From Selaginella moellendorffii (taxonomy: Eukaryota > Plantae > Lycopodiophyta): a stretch of 54,359 nt of DNA. Below the pieces are notes generated by a model. The model was not told the DNA's origin. It saw nothing but the letters and a program-made list of their open reading frames with translations, and ran no database searches. The stretch is taken from NCBI RefSeq assembly GCF_000143415.4, contig NW_003314294.1, positions 1 to 54,359 on the forward strand. The letters are read 5' to 3'. The translations under genes and the position numbers were made by a program. Shown one piece after another: positions 1 to 13,400 of this stretch. Numbering within the stretch: the first letter of the stretch is position 1; every line of letters starts with the position of its first letter.

Positions 1-1759
1 AAAACATAGGTGTCCGGGTGTCAAGTTAGATATGCTGAGCTTTCACACTAAGCAATCTAACCGTGCATCACGACTCCGAGGCATCCCTCGCTTGGCGGTG
101 TGCCCAAACCAGTCTCCCCACTGAGAGTCCATGACCACCGAAATATGAGTGTCCTTATATTCCAAACCATCACCACGCCCTAGTGATTTGGGACTCGAAC
201 CCAAGCACTAGAGGGTCGGGACTCGAACCCAACCTCCGTATATGCATCTACGGACGGCATCACACAAGATGCCTGGCGTGACTCCCCACGCCGGTGCACC
301 AACCTATTTTTAAAGCGCGCTACAGATCACAGCTTAGGAACCTAGTTCCTCCACACTGCCAAGTCCTCTCACTTGACATGTCTGTGATCATGCATGGACT
401 CCTCCATGCTCGGCCCCCTGGCCCACCCTTTTTGAAGATATAACCTTCAACTAGGGTCTTTGTTCCCCTGACGTGCCAATCTCACTTGGCAAGTCCTCCG
501 ACCTTTGTAACATGGTTCCTGCATAAGCGTGAAAGTCCTTGACCATCGACTTTCGTTCAAAGCCCTCTCTTTGAACACTCGGGAACTACTTCCCTCACCT
601 TGATAACCTTGCCTCATGGCAAGCTTCAAGACCAAGCTCCTGCTGCGCCACTCTGATTTCGCGCGTTCCATGAACCATTTACACTTGGCCTTTTTAGGTA
701 CTACGCTACCTAGAATCGTCTTTGGGAACCTTGAAGGAACTCTGTCCCTCAGCTTGCTAAGGCCTCCCCTTTCGCAAGCTTTATAGTTGCCATATAGTCT
801 AACATGGACAATTCCATATTTTAGACTCTCTATGGCATCACGGTTGCTAGCAACAACATCCTCGAGCACCCTCTTGATTCTCCACTCCCAACTTTCATAA
901 CCACTGTTGGATATGCCCTTTGATTTCTATGGTTCGGTTCCATCCCAACATTACTTGCCTTTGGCTTCACACCTTTCCTTCGGTCATTCTCCTCCAGACC
1001 AGGAGGATAGCTTTGCACTTTCTATCATGCCTTAGCAAGTATTCTTAGGGATGAACCTACCCAATAGCCCAGGGAGTGGTTCCTCAATCCGGGTATGCTC
1101 AGTTTATAATCCCACACACTGGGGTTACATTGTTGCTTATGGGCCTTTACATGCCCATCACTAGCCTTGCCAAAATTCCATTTTTGGCTTTGTCCAACTT
1201 GGGTAGACAGTCCTCTCCTATCTCCGCAACCTTGGACATTTGGATAGCACCTTCTATCCATCATTCGCTAGGGACTTAGTCCCTTGGGCTTTATCCATTG
1301 CCCTCGCGACATCAAACACCACCTTCTGGTGTTCTAGAGTGTTCGGGTGTCCCAATGATGGCTTTCTTGACAATGAGTATTTCCTTTTATGACATTGACT
1401 TACTATATCGCAACATAAGCAACTTATCCCCCGTAAGGGTATATCCGACTTCCCTATACTAGAAGTCTTGGGTAGCTACCTTCTACCCGTTTAACCAGTT
1501 ATTTTGCACCTCTTGCTTAGTTGCCTCATAGTTGTCAAGTCCTACAAATCATTGCTTGGTGCTTTCACACCTCCATCACTATCTGGGTCACCACACTCCA
1601 ACTGCATGCTCTGCAGCTTAGGCTATGCCATTCCCATTTCCATTGGGATTCCTTTGGCAAGGGGTTCTCATGAACCCACCAACATAGCCTCAAGGTATCA
1701 CACCTTGGCACATTTGGTGTCTCCACACCATCGGCTCCACGAGCCTACCTCTATGACAT

Positions 1760-1859
1760 NNNNNNNNNNNNNNNNNNNNNNNNNNNNNNNNNNNNNNNNN
1801 NNNNNNNNNNNNNNNNNNNNNNNNNNNNNNNNNNNNNNNNNNNNNNNNNNNNNNNNNNN
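1760..1859. other. Assembly gap (100 N)
   Basis: Run of N. The homologous segment of copy B between the same flanks is ~13525-13599. Confidence 0.99.
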
Positions 1860-2784
1860 ATAGAGGTCACACACAACTTTATGTCAAGTTGTTTTCTTCT
1901 AGGAACACCTTTTCCTATAACTTTAGCATGGCACATTTTGCCATCGATGAGATACTCTCTGTTCTCATCCTTGGATCCTATGATCCCCCCCCATCCTTTG
2001 TGGGGTACAACGCACCTCAGTCCAAATGCTTCATTCAGTCCTTTTTAGGACCATCCCTTGACTCTACTTGAGTCGTCTAGCAGTTTTGGACTTGGTTAAT
2101 CCACCGACCCGTAAGGTCCTACTTGTGAGGCACTAGCTCACTGGAATACACATCTTGCATTCCGGTCCTACTCAAAAGGACTATTTTCACAAGTGTTACT
2201 CCGACACTTGATTTTGTTCTCTGGGGGCAACCTTTGCCCCTTAGGACTACTTGTCCATGTGATGAGAATACCAACTCATCCACTTAATACACCCCCAACT
2301 CCTTGGGTTGTTCCAGCATTTATTAGAGGTAGCCCCGGCTACCATTTCAAGGACTTGAGTCCTCTTCCGTATTTGACCTTCCACGGTCATTACCTTTGGT
2401 CTCACATTCATGAGCACCAACCTCAACTATATGAGGATAATCTTGTGACTCCTTTATTGTTTTGGAGTCTCTATCTTTCCCGTGATCCCAACTTTAGTTG
2501 TTTACCACAACAACCTAAGCCAATTTGCTGAGACAAATGCTCATCCGGATCACATCCTCAACTCAATGAGGAAAACCTTGCACTGTTCCCAAGATCCCAA
2601 AGTCGTTCCATTATTGGCCCTTTTCTATCCACCACCTCGTCTACAAGTTCACACATGAACTGTAATGGAGAGCCATGTCTTCCCGACTTGCTACTCCTCA
2701 AGGATAGGCCCACTCCTCGGACCTTCCGATGCCAACACTAGTGGTGATATACTTGAGCACCCATAAAAGTCGGACTAAGGAACA

Positions 2785-2796
2785 GCTCTGATACCA
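2785..2796 (-). promoter_or_regulatory. Primer binding site (tRNA-iMet type), TGGTATCAGAGC
   Basis: + strand gctctgatacca, 3 nt from the LTR end at 2800; canonical plant retrotransposon PBS. Confidence 0.93.
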
Positions 2797-2799
2797 AAT

Positions 2800-4469
2800 T
2801 GTAAGGGACTAAATTTTCCATTTTACTTTAGTCACTTAACCACATGTCTGACCACTTGGAGGAGTCTCATTGACAACCTCCATAAGTCCAACTCAGGACT
2901 TGGGGCTTGCTAGCCCCGAGAATGGCATCCATGCCACTCAACCTTAGCACTTGGTCCAAGTGCTCCACGTGTCCGATCCCATGATCGACACCCCAAGGTA
3001 TCACCGACGTACCGGCCCGTTACGCTAAGGCCATGCCCATTTACCTTGGTCACACTGGTGGTCCAACACCACTTGCATCTCCGTCTTGGCCCTCCAAGAC
3101 TAGGCAAACCATCCCTGAGTGGTCATCTCAGATCCACTCCTTAGCATCCTTAGGATGCCCACCGACAAGGGGAATAGCCTTCCCCAATATCCCTCTGTCA
3201 GTCCCCACTAAGTCCCTTTCTGCCCCTGGCCGTGTTTGCCAACACTGCCACTGGATCGAGACCCACAGGCCTGACCACTAAGTCCTACGGTCCTCTGGGA
3301 CTTCCTCACCACACGACTGTGTCCTTGGTCACTACCCCAGAGGACTGCTCCTCTTCCTTTCCACAGTCTGGGCCTTTGGGACAACATTTCGGAACACCGT
3401 GGCCTTACGCGAGCCACCTGGGTACTCTCCCCACCTATCGCCTTTAGGTGCTCTAGCCATGGGCTTAGAGCGAGGTTCCGTTGAGCCACGCCTGGTATCC
3501 AAGTAGGTAGTGCCACCCACACTTGGACTGGGAGCATCGGCCAGTCGATCTCCCGGGGGAACTAGAGCCGGCTCTTGAACACTTCACCAAGCTACCCCGC
3601 TTGTCGGTCTGTGTTCACTCTAGTCTTGGACTTCCCAGTGGGCAGCTCATCACCCAACACTGGGTCTGGCCTTCCTAGGCCAAACTGGCCTTTCCTGGCC
3701 AAACTGGCTCCACTGCAGTCCTCCCCCCACTATACTTTTGGGGCTCACCAAACCCCCCAGGGTCTGGGAGACGAACGCTTTGGGCTTTCACCCTCTCAGG
3801 CTCCGGACTCGGACTCGGACTCGGACTCGGACTCGGACTCGGACTCGGATTCGGGCTCGGACTCGGGCTCGGGCTCGGGCTCGGTCTCGGCCTCGGCCTC
3901 GGTCTCGGTCTCGGTCCCGATCTCGGTCTCGGTCTCGGTCTCGGTCCCGGTCTCGGTCCCGGTCTCAGTCTCGACTTCGGACTCCATCTCGGACTCCATC
4001 TCGGACTCCATCTCGGGTCCATCTCGGGTCCATCTCGGACTCCATCTCGGACTCCATCTCGGGTCCATCTCGGACTCCATCTCGGACTGCATTTCGGGTC
4101 CATCTCGGACTCCATTTCGGGTCCATCTCAGGTCCACCTCGGACTCCACCTCGGACTCCAACTCGGACTCCATCTCGGGTCCATCTCGGACTCCATCTCG
4201 GACTCCATTTCGGACTCCAACTAGAGTCCATCTTGGACACTCCCACGTGTCATGTGTTGGTCCTTTTGGGTCCCTTTTTGGAGCCTCACCTTTTGCTCGC
4301 TTCGTGCTCGTTCCTCGAGCACTTCGTTGGGAGTTCCACTCCCGCTCTTGACTTTTCAAGTCGGAGCTTTTGGTCCAAACGTGTTACGCTCGTTTGGCTC
4401 TCGCTTCGGCCACTACCATGTGGCGCCCTTCCGGCTCCACTTTGGGGCCTAGGGATTTTGTGTCTCACA
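2800..4469 (-). repeat. LTR 1 (5' LTR of copy A, 1670 bp) with internal (GACTCG)n and 12-mer GGACTCCATCTC arrays at ~3803-4230
   Basis: Termini tgtaag... and ...gtctcaca; homologous to 5993-7695, 8622-10446 and 14546-16401. Confidence 0.92.
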
Positions 4470-4582
4470 ACTGGCTTCTTTTAGTAGATCTTGAGTTTCT
4501 TTAGGTTATACACATCTTCGTTATATATTGTCTTGCCCTTTCTTGTACAGTCTTCCTCCCACAACTAAATATGTTATTGTCC

Positions 4583-5085
4583 TCAAAACAAATTGCTTAT
4601 AGTGATTAGAGGTGGAGAATCGACTTGGCATTCTTGCTGTTGTGAGGTAGTAGTAAATATCATCCATGTTGATGATGTGTGGATGTGAAGTATATTGGAG
4701 TCAGAATTGTCATCCATGTTGTATTTCGGTTGTTTGCAGGTTGTAATGTGGCTGAGATGGTCAACTTGTTCATGTTGTTTGCCATGCTTATGAATAATCT
4801 CGAAGTGGTATTCTTGAAGTAATAAGAACCATCGAGCAATTCTACTGGTGATGGTTTTGTTAAGGAGGTGTAAAAGTGCTTTATAGTTGACCATGATCTT
4901 GACTTTGGTGCCGAGTAGGTAGTGTCAAAATTTTTGTAGTGCATAGACCATTCCTAAGGCTTCTTTTTTGGTGGTGGTGTAGTTCATCTCAACTAAGTTG
5001 AGTCTTCACCTAGCATAGTAGATTGGTCAATCTTTGAGGTTTTGTTATTGTTGAGAAAGTATTGCTCTAATGGCATAATAGGAGG
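4583..5085 (-). pseudogene. Decayed Ty3/gypsy pol fragment (RNase H region)
   Basis: Minus-strand translation gives NYTTTKKEALGMVYALQKF*HYLLG...IARWFLLLQEYHFEIIHKHGKQHEQVDHLS, typical of gypsy RNase H, with stops. Confidence 0.8.
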
Positions 5086-5992
5086 CTTGGGATTTAGAGG
5101 GTCCCATAATCAAGCCTTATTGTACCAAGGGATGTTAGGAATCTAAAGGCTTGGTGTGCTTTGCTACTTGTGCCTGTGGGGATTGTAACCGAACCTTAAG
5201 TCTAGTCTAACTCAAGGAGAGGGATTGGGAGAAATTGGGAATTTGTGAATGGATGGCTAACACTTTGTTGCTCGTGCAGTGAGTAGCTGAAACTAAGTAG
5301 GACCAAGTAAGAGCTGGTACAATAGGTGGGAACCTTGGCGAGATAACTTAGCTAAAGCCATGGCAGTGTTGGTTGGATAAATGAGGTAAGCTAGCAAATT
5401 GGAAAGGAAAAATTTGTGGCTTACAATTTGGTATTAGAGCTTTTTCCTTTGTTCTAGCAAAGGATAAAGGCAGATTGCTGGGAGATGGCAAAGGTAGGGC
5501 ATAAACAAACCAAGGCAGAGATGGAACCTCCTCTAGAGTTGGAGCCTCCGATCAAACAAGAGGTTATGGATGAAGAATCTTTGCATGAAGAGGACTCCAG
5601 TGACTCCGGACTAATGGTGCAGTGGCTGGGTGAACCAAGGACTATAAAGTTTGTTCAAGGTAGCCAAAGCACTAATGAGGTACTTCAACAAGCAAGAGTC
5701 AAAGTTGGGACATGGAAAGTAGACATAGATTTGACCATGTTGGACATAGCGGGATTTGATGTAATCTTCAGGATGGATTGGTTCAATTAGTTCTTAGTAG
5801 CCCTACATAGATAATGTAGGAACCTTGTGGTACTAGCAAATACGCAGGGAGAACAATCTAGGATGGAGACCCAAAATCTAAAGGTAGGGCAATTTAAGGC
5901 TAAAGACTCCTACTTGAACTTAATATCCATAAGAGGACAATTTACTAAAGGCACCAAAGCAGCATTTTTGTACTTACTCTCGGTGAGGAGTG

Positions 5993-7695
5993 TGTGAGAC
6001 ACAAAATCCCTAGGCCCCAAAGTGGAGCCGGAAAGGGTGCCACGTGGTAGTGGCTGAAGCGAGAGCCAAACGAGCGTAACACGTTTGGACCAAAAGCTCC
6101 AACTTGAAAAGTCAAGAGCGGGAGTGGAACTCCCAAAGAAGTGCTCGAGGAACGAGCACGAAGCGAGCAAAAAGTGAGGCTCCAAAAAGGGACTCAAAAG
6201 GACCAACACATGACACGTGGAAGTGTCCGAGATGGACTCGAGTTGGAGTCCAAAGTGGAGTCCGAGATGGACTCGAGTTGGAGTCCGAAGTGGAGTCCGA
6301 AATGGACCCGAGTTGGAGTCCGAAGTGGAGTCCGAGATGGACCCGAGTTGGAGTCCGAAGTGGAGTCCGAGATGGACCCGAGATGGAGTCCGAGGTGGAC
6401 CCGAGATGGACCCGAAATGGAATCCAAGATGGAGTCCGAGATGGAGTTCGAAGTGGAGTCCGAAGTCGAGACCGAGACCAGGACCGAGACCAAGACCGAG
6501 ACCGAGACCGAGATCGGGACCGAGAACGAGACCGAGGCCGAGGCCGAGACCGAGACCGAGGCCGAGGCCGAGACCGAGCCCGAGCCCGAGTCCGAGTCCG
6601 AGTCCGAGTCCGAGTCCGAGTCCGAGTCCGAGTCCGAGTCCGAGTCCGAGTCCGAGTCCGAGTCCGAGTCCGAGTCCGAGTCCGAGTTCGAGTCTGAAAG
6701 GGTGAAAGCCCAAAGCGTTCGTCTCCCAGACCCTGGGGGGTTTAGTGAGCTCCAAAAGTATAGTAGAGGGGGAGGACTGCAATGGAGCCAGTTTGGCCAG
6801 GAAAGGCCAGTTTGGCCCAGGAAGGCCAGACCCAGTGTTGGGTGATGAACTGACCACTGGGAAGTCCAAGACTAGAGTGAATACGGACCGACAAGCGGGG
6901 TAGCTTGGTGAAGTGTTCAAGAGCCGGCTCTAGTTCCCCCGGGAGATCGACTGGGCGATGCTCCCAGTCCAAGTGTGGGTGGCACTACCTACTTGGATAC
7001 CAGGTGTGGCTAATTGGAACCTCGCTCTAAGCCCATGGCTAGAGCACCTAAATGCGAAAGGTGGGGAGAGTACCCAGGTGGCTCGCGTAAGGCCACGGTG
7101 TTCCGAAATGTTGTCCCAAAGGCCTAGACTGTGGAAAGGAAGAGGAGCAGTCCTCTGGGGTAGTGACCAAGGACACAGTCGGGTGGTGAGGAAGTCCCAG
7201 AGGACCATAGGACTTAGGGGTCGAGCCTGTGGGCCTTGATCCAGTGGCAGTGTTGGCAAACACGGCCAGGGGCAGAAAGGGACTTGGTAGGAACTGACAA
7301 AGGGACTTTGGGGAAGGCATTTCCCCAGGGCTGTGGGCATCCTAAGGATGCTAAGGAGTGGATCTAGGATGACCACTCGTGGATAGATGGCCCAGTCTTG
7401 GAGAGACGGGTTTGTGATGCAAGTGGTATTGGACCACTAGTGCAGCAAGGGTAAATGGGCATGGCCTTAGCGTAACGGGCCGAGATGTCAGTGGTACCTT
7501 TGGGTGTCGGTCTTGGGACCGGACACGAGGAGCACTTGGACCAGATGTAAGTGTTGAGTGGCATGGATGCCATACTCGGGGCTAGCAAGTCCCAAGTCCT
7601 GAATTGGACTGATGGAGGTTGTGAATGAGACTCCTCCAAGTGGTCGGAGGTGTGGTTAAGTGACTAAAGTAGAATGGAAAATTTAGTCGCCTACA
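5993..7695 (+). mobile_element. Solo LTR (LTR 2, 1703 bp) of the copy A/B family with 5-bp TSD GAGTG
   Basis: TGTGAGAC...CGCCTACA, flanked by GAGTG at 5988-5992 and 7696-7700; no PBS or internal region adjacent. Confidence 0.93.
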
Positions 7696-7759
7696 GAGTG
7701 ACAAAAAGACGGGAATAGAAGAAGTACCTTTAGTGATCCAGTGGGTGTTAGACCAATTC

Positions 7760-8621
7760 TAAGGTAGCATGCCGGAGGAGCTACTAGTGGGGTTAACCCC
7801 CGTATGACCGATAGAACATAAGATTGAGTTACTTGATGGTTCTAAGATGGTGGTTCATCCACCCTATCCTTTGAACGAAAAGGAACTTGAGGAGCCCAAG
7901 TGCCAATTAGAAGAGTTGGTGGACAAAGGGTATGTTAAGTTGAGAAAGTCATTGTATGGGGCACCAGTATTATTTGTGAAAAAGAAAGATGGATTTATGC
8001 ACATGTGCATAGACTACCAATTGCTCAACAAGTATACAAAGAAGAACAAGTACTCTTTGCCAAGGATCGAGGACTTATTTGATAGGTTGGGAAAGGCAAA
8101 ATACTTTTCAAGAATTGACCTAAACTCAGGATACTACCAGATTAGGGTAGCAGAGGAAGATGTTGAGAAAACAACATGTTAGACAAGATATGGGAGCTTT
8201 GAGTTTCTAGTGATGCCCTTTGGGCAGTGCAATTTGTTAGCAATATTTTCAATGTTGATGAACTACATCTTTGTCCCCTATTTGGATCACTTTCTGACTG
8301 TCTATATTGACAACATTCTAATCTATAACAAGACACTAGAAGAATATGCCAAACACTTGATGAAGGTGTTTGAGAAAATAAGGGAACACAAGTTGTATAC
8401 TAAAAAGATGAAATGTGACTTTGCTCAACAAGAGGTAAAGGTTCTCGGGTAAGTGGTGGGCAAGGATGGGCTCAAAGTGGACTTTAAGAAACTCTAGGTG
8501 ATCCAAGAATGGGAGCGACCATCTAATGTATATGAGTTGAGGGTGTTTTTGAAGTTATGCAACTACTATCAAAATTTTATCAAACATTATTTGAGAGTGG
8601 CCATGCCCTTAACAGACCAAA
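7760..8621 (+). pseudogene. Ty3/gypsy reverse transcriptase pseudogene
   Basis: [44 protein letters not shown] and YIDN (for YIDD), with in-frame stops. Confidence 0.93.
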
Positions 8622-10446
8622 TGTAAGCGACTAAATTTTCCATTCTACTTTAGTCACTTAACCACACCTCCGACCACTTGGAGGAGTCTCATTCACAACC
8701 TCCATAAGTCCAATCCAGGACTTGGGACTTGCTAGCCCCGAGAATGGCATCCATGCCACTCAACATTTGCACTTGGTCCAAGTGCTCCACGTGTCCGATC
8801 CCATGACCGACACTCAAAGGTACCACCGACATAGCAGCCCGTTACGCTAAGGCCATGCCCAATCACCTTTGCCACACTGGTAGTCCAATACCACTTGCAT
8901 CACCGTCTTGGCTCTCCAAGACTAGGCAAACCATCCGTGAGTGGTCATCTCAGATCCACTCCTTAGCATCCTTAGGATGCCCACCGACAAGGGGAATAGC
9001 CTTCCCCAATATCCCTCTGTCAGTCCCCACTAAGTCCCTTTCTGCCCTTGGCCGTGTTTGCCAACACTGCCACTGGACCGAGACCCACAGGCCCGACCAC
9101 TAAGTCCCACGGTCCTCTGGGACTTCCTCACCACATGACTGTGTCCTTGGTCACTACCCCAGAGGACTGCTCCTCTTCCTTTCCACAGTCTGGGCCTTTG
9201 GGACAACATTTCGGAACACCATGGCCTTACGCGAGCCACCTGGGTACTCTCCTCGCCTTCTGCCCTTGGGTGCTCTAGCCATGGGCTTAGAGCAGGTTCC
9301 GTTGAGCCACACCAGGTATCCAAGTAGGTAGTGCCACCCACACTTGGACTGGGAGCATCGGCCAGTCGATCTCCCGGGGGAACTAGAGCCGGCTCTTGAA
9401 CACTTCACCAAGTTACCCCGCTTGTCGGTCTGTGTTCACTCTAGTCTTGGACTTCCCAGTGGGCAGCTCATCACCCAACACTGGGTCCGGCCTTCCTGGG
9501 CCAAACTGGCCTTTCCTGGCCAAACTGGCTCCACTGCAGTCCTCCCCCTACTATACTTTTGGAGCTCACCAAACCCCCCAGGGTCTGGGAGACGAACGCT
9601 TTGGGCTTTCACCCTCTCAGGCTCTGGACTCGGACTCGGACTCGGACTCGGACTCGGACTCGGACTCGGATTCGGACTCGGACTCGGGCTCGGGCTCGGT
9701 CTCGGCCTCGGCCTCGGCCTCGGTCTCAGTCCCGATCTCGGTCTCGGTCTCGGTCTCGGTCCCAGTCTCGGTCTCGACTTCGGACTCCATCTCGGACTCC
9801 ATCTCGGACTCCATCTCGGGTCCATGTCGGGTCCATCTCGGACTCCATCTCGGGTCCATCTCGGACTCCATCTCGGACTCCATCTCGGACTCCATCTCGG
9901 ACTCCATTTCGGGTCCACCTCGGGTCCACCTCGGACTCCATCTCGGACTCCATCTCGGGTCCATCTCGGACTCCATCTCGGGTCCATCTCGGACTCCATC
10001 TCAGGTCCATCTCGGACTCCATCTCGGGTCCATCTCGGACTCCATTTCGGACTCCAACTCGAGTCCATCTCGGACTCCATTTCGGACTCCAACTCGAGTC
10101 CATCTCGGACTCCACTTCGGACTCCAACTCGAGTCCATCTCGGACTCCACTTCGGACTCCAACTCGAGTCCATCTCGGACTCCACTTCGGACTCCAACTC
10201 GAGTCCATTTCGGACACTCCCACGTGTCATGTGTTGGTCCTTTTGGGTCCCTTTTTGGAGCCTCGCCTTTTGCTCGCTTCGTGCTCGTTCCTCGAGCACT
10301 TCGTTGGGAGTTCCACTCCCGCTCTTGACTTTTCAAGTCGGAGCTTCTGGTCCAAACGTGTTACGCTCGTTTGGCTCTCGCTTCGGCCACTACCATGTGG
10401 CGCCCTTCCGGCTCCACTTTGGGGCCTAGGGATTTTGTGTCTCACA
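8622..10446 (-). repeat. LTR 3 (3' LTR of copy B, 1825 bp)
   Basis: tgtaagcgac...gtctcaca; expanded 6/12/36-bp arrays at ~9625-10215. Confidence 0.92.
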
Positions 10447-13400
10447 ACTCCACCACCCATAGACGAAGTTCGATGTCCTCATCGAACGGTAAACCATTTT
10501 GTAAAGTAACACTCGTATGTGTTACCATTTCCATCCTTGGCGCGTAGCCAATATTTGTCAATGGTTTGACATTGAAGGCTCACCATGCCTTCTCCATATT
10601 CGTCAATGGTTTGACACCAAAGGCTCACCATGCCTTGCCTATCCTCTAAGGAGGGTAGTCTCCCCAACTTAGAGACTGATTGGACCACATATAGTGGTTC
10701 TCTCCTTTTATTGGTTTAGTTCTCGCTAAACCTCTTAGAGACCCTTCTCTAAGTCAATCCCACTACTCCTTCTCGAGTAGTCTCAATTTCCATCGATATA
10801 ACCTTTGCACTTTGGAACTTTGAATTTTGACTTCTTGGAGTCAATTTCCTAGGTGTCTCCAACACCTTGCCTTGCACCTTTTGTGCAACTCCACTTCCCA
10901 TCCTAGGTAGTTCTCTACTCGAGGGCACCATCATCCTCTCTTCTATTTCGTGCCAAAGTTCCAGTTATCATACTTTGTGCTAGGGCTGTTCATCGCCCTA
11001 TCATTTGGCTACCTTACCGCTCCCTCCCTTGGAGCTTCCACTTTCGCCAAATCGGAGCATTTCGGAATCCCTCCTTGGAAACACACTTCCTTTCCCGCAA
11101 CTTGTTAGCGTCCAACACATTAGTGTTCCTCGCCTAACTTTGTCACTTGGATTCCTTCCAAGGGATTCCACGACCCTATCTTGGCCACTCATTTTTTGCT
11201 CCTATCCGTTGATTGTTGCACCAAGCAACATCGAATCTCTACCTCCCTCCTTGAGGTATTGTTTCGGTTCCATAGCAAAGACTCTTCTTTGCCAAGTCCG
11301 GAGGATGTTCACCCCTAGTACGTCTCTTTAGCATCTTCTGCTATGGGCTCTATCCACGGCCCAACTTCGTGACCCTCCCATGGGTCTTTTATAGAGACTA
11401 CTTTCCTCGGACTCACTATGCCATCGCACGGACATAGTTTATTTCCCTTAAGTGCTCTTCCCACTTGGTCATCACGACCAAGCCACACCACCTTAAACAG
11501 TTCAATTTCAACATTTTGAACCAGGAACTTCATTCCTTAGCCAACCAAGGACCTTGTCCTTATCTGGCCATAAGATCACCTAGTGATCTCACCTTGGCAC
11601 CTTAACAGAGTTGCCAAAAGGTACTTGGTCTTCTAGACCTCCAAGTTGTTGACTATAACCCCGGGGGCATCCCCCACACTTGACGGTGCACCCAAGCCAG
11701 CCCTTACGGCCAAGGGTTCATAGCAACTGAGATTAGGTGTCCCCATCTCACTCACCACGACCTTGGTGCCACTTGCACCAAAGCGTTCAAGTTAGATATG
11801 CTGAGCTTTCACACTAAGCAATCTAACCGTGCATCACGACTCCGAGGCATCCCTCGTTTGGCGGTGTGCCCAAACCAGTCTCCCCACTGAGAGTCCATGA
11901 CCACCGAAATATGAGTGTCCTCATATTCCAAACCATCACCACGCCCTAGTGATTTGGGACTCGAACCCAAGCACTAGAGGGTCGGGACTCGAACCCAACC
12001 TCCGTATATGCATCTACGGACGGCATCACACAAGATGCTTAGCGTGACTCCCCACGCCGGTGCACCAACTTATTTTTAAAGCGTGCTACAGATCACAGCT
12101 TAGGAACCTAGTTCCTCCACACTGCCAAGTTCTCTCACTTGACATGTCTGTGATCATGCATGGACTCTTCCATGCTCGGCCCCATGGCCCACCCTTTTTG
12201 AAGTTATCACCTTCAACTAGGGTATTTGTTCCCCCGACGTGCCAATCTCGCTTGGCAAGTCCTCCGACCACTGTAACATGGTTCCTGCATAAGCGTGAAG
12301 GTCCTTGACCATCGACTTTCGTTCAAAGCCCTCTCTTTGAACACTCGGGAACTACTTCCCTAACCTTGATAGCTTTGCCTCATGGCAAGCTTCAAGATCA
12401 CGCTTCTGCTGCGCCACTCTGATTTCGCGCGTTCCATGAACCATTTACACTTAGCCTTTCTAGGTACTAAGCTACCTAGAATCGTCTTTGGGAACCTTGA
12501 AGGAACTCTGTCCCTCAGCTTGCTAAGGCCTCCCTTTTTTGCAAGCCTTCCAAATGCCACATAGTCTAACATGGACAATTCCATAACTTAGACTCTCCAT
12601 GGCATCACGGTTGCTAGCGGCAACACCCTCGAGCCCCCACTTGATTCTCCACTCCCAGCTGGCATAACCAACCTTGGTTATGCCCTTTGATTCCTACGGT
12701 TCGGTTCTATCCCCTTACTTCTTGCTTTTTGGCTTCACACCTTTCCTTTGGTCATTCTCCTCCAGACCAGGAGGATAGCTTTGCACTTTCTATCATGCTT
12801 TAGCAAGTATTCTTAGGGATGAACCTACCCAATAGCCTAGGGAGTGGTTCCTCAATCCGGGTATGCTCACCTTATAATCCCACACACTGGGATTACATTG
12901 TTGCTTATGGGCCTTTACATGCCCATCACTAGCCTTGCCAAAATTCCATTTTTGGCTTTGTCTAACTCGGGTAGACAGTCCTCTCCTGTCTCCGCAACCT
13001 TGGACATTTGGATAGCACCTTCTATCCATCATTCGCTAGGGACTTAGTCCCTTGGGCTTTATCCATTGCCCTCGCGACATCAAACACCACCTTCTGGTGT
13101 TCTAGAGTGTTCGGGTGTCCCAATGATGGCTTTCTTGACAATGAGTATTTCCTTTTATGACATACTATATCGCAACACAAGCAACTTATCCCCCGTAAGG
13201 GTATATCCAACTTCCCTATGCTATTAAGAAGTCTTGGGTAGCTACCTTCTACCCGTGTAACCAGTTATTTTGCACCTCTTGCTTAGTTGCCTTGTAGTTG
13301 TCAAGTCCTACAACTCATTGCTGGTGCTTCCACACCTCCATCATTATCTGGGTCACCACACTCCAACTGCATGCTCTGCAGCTTAGGCTATGCTATTCCC

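Larger units (their letters stand above)
1..4469 (-). mobile_element. LTR retroelement copy A (non-autonomous, LARD-like); 5' LTR, PBS and part of the internal region, cut by the window edge
   Basis: LTR 2800-4469 has TG...CA ends and an adjacent tRNA-iMet PBS. Internal ~21-2784 is closely homologous to ~11787-14530 of copy B. No gag/pol ORF recognisable. Confidence 0.85.
5100..8621 (+). mobile_element. Degenerate Ty3/gypsy (chromovirus-like) element: LTR end at 5425, PBS 5429-5440, protease remnant and RT; interrupted by a solo LTR and truncated by copy B. Left boundary approximate.
   Basis: ...GCTTACA-ATT-TGGTATTAGAGC; protease C-terminal motif FDVIFRMDWF (ORF 5485-5790); RT motifs at 7760-8621. 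Most of gag appears deleted. Confidence 0.82.

Noticed and set aside
188-233. Real tRNA gene
   Set aside because: Only T-arm-like hairpins are present; no acceptor, D or anticodon arms could be built.
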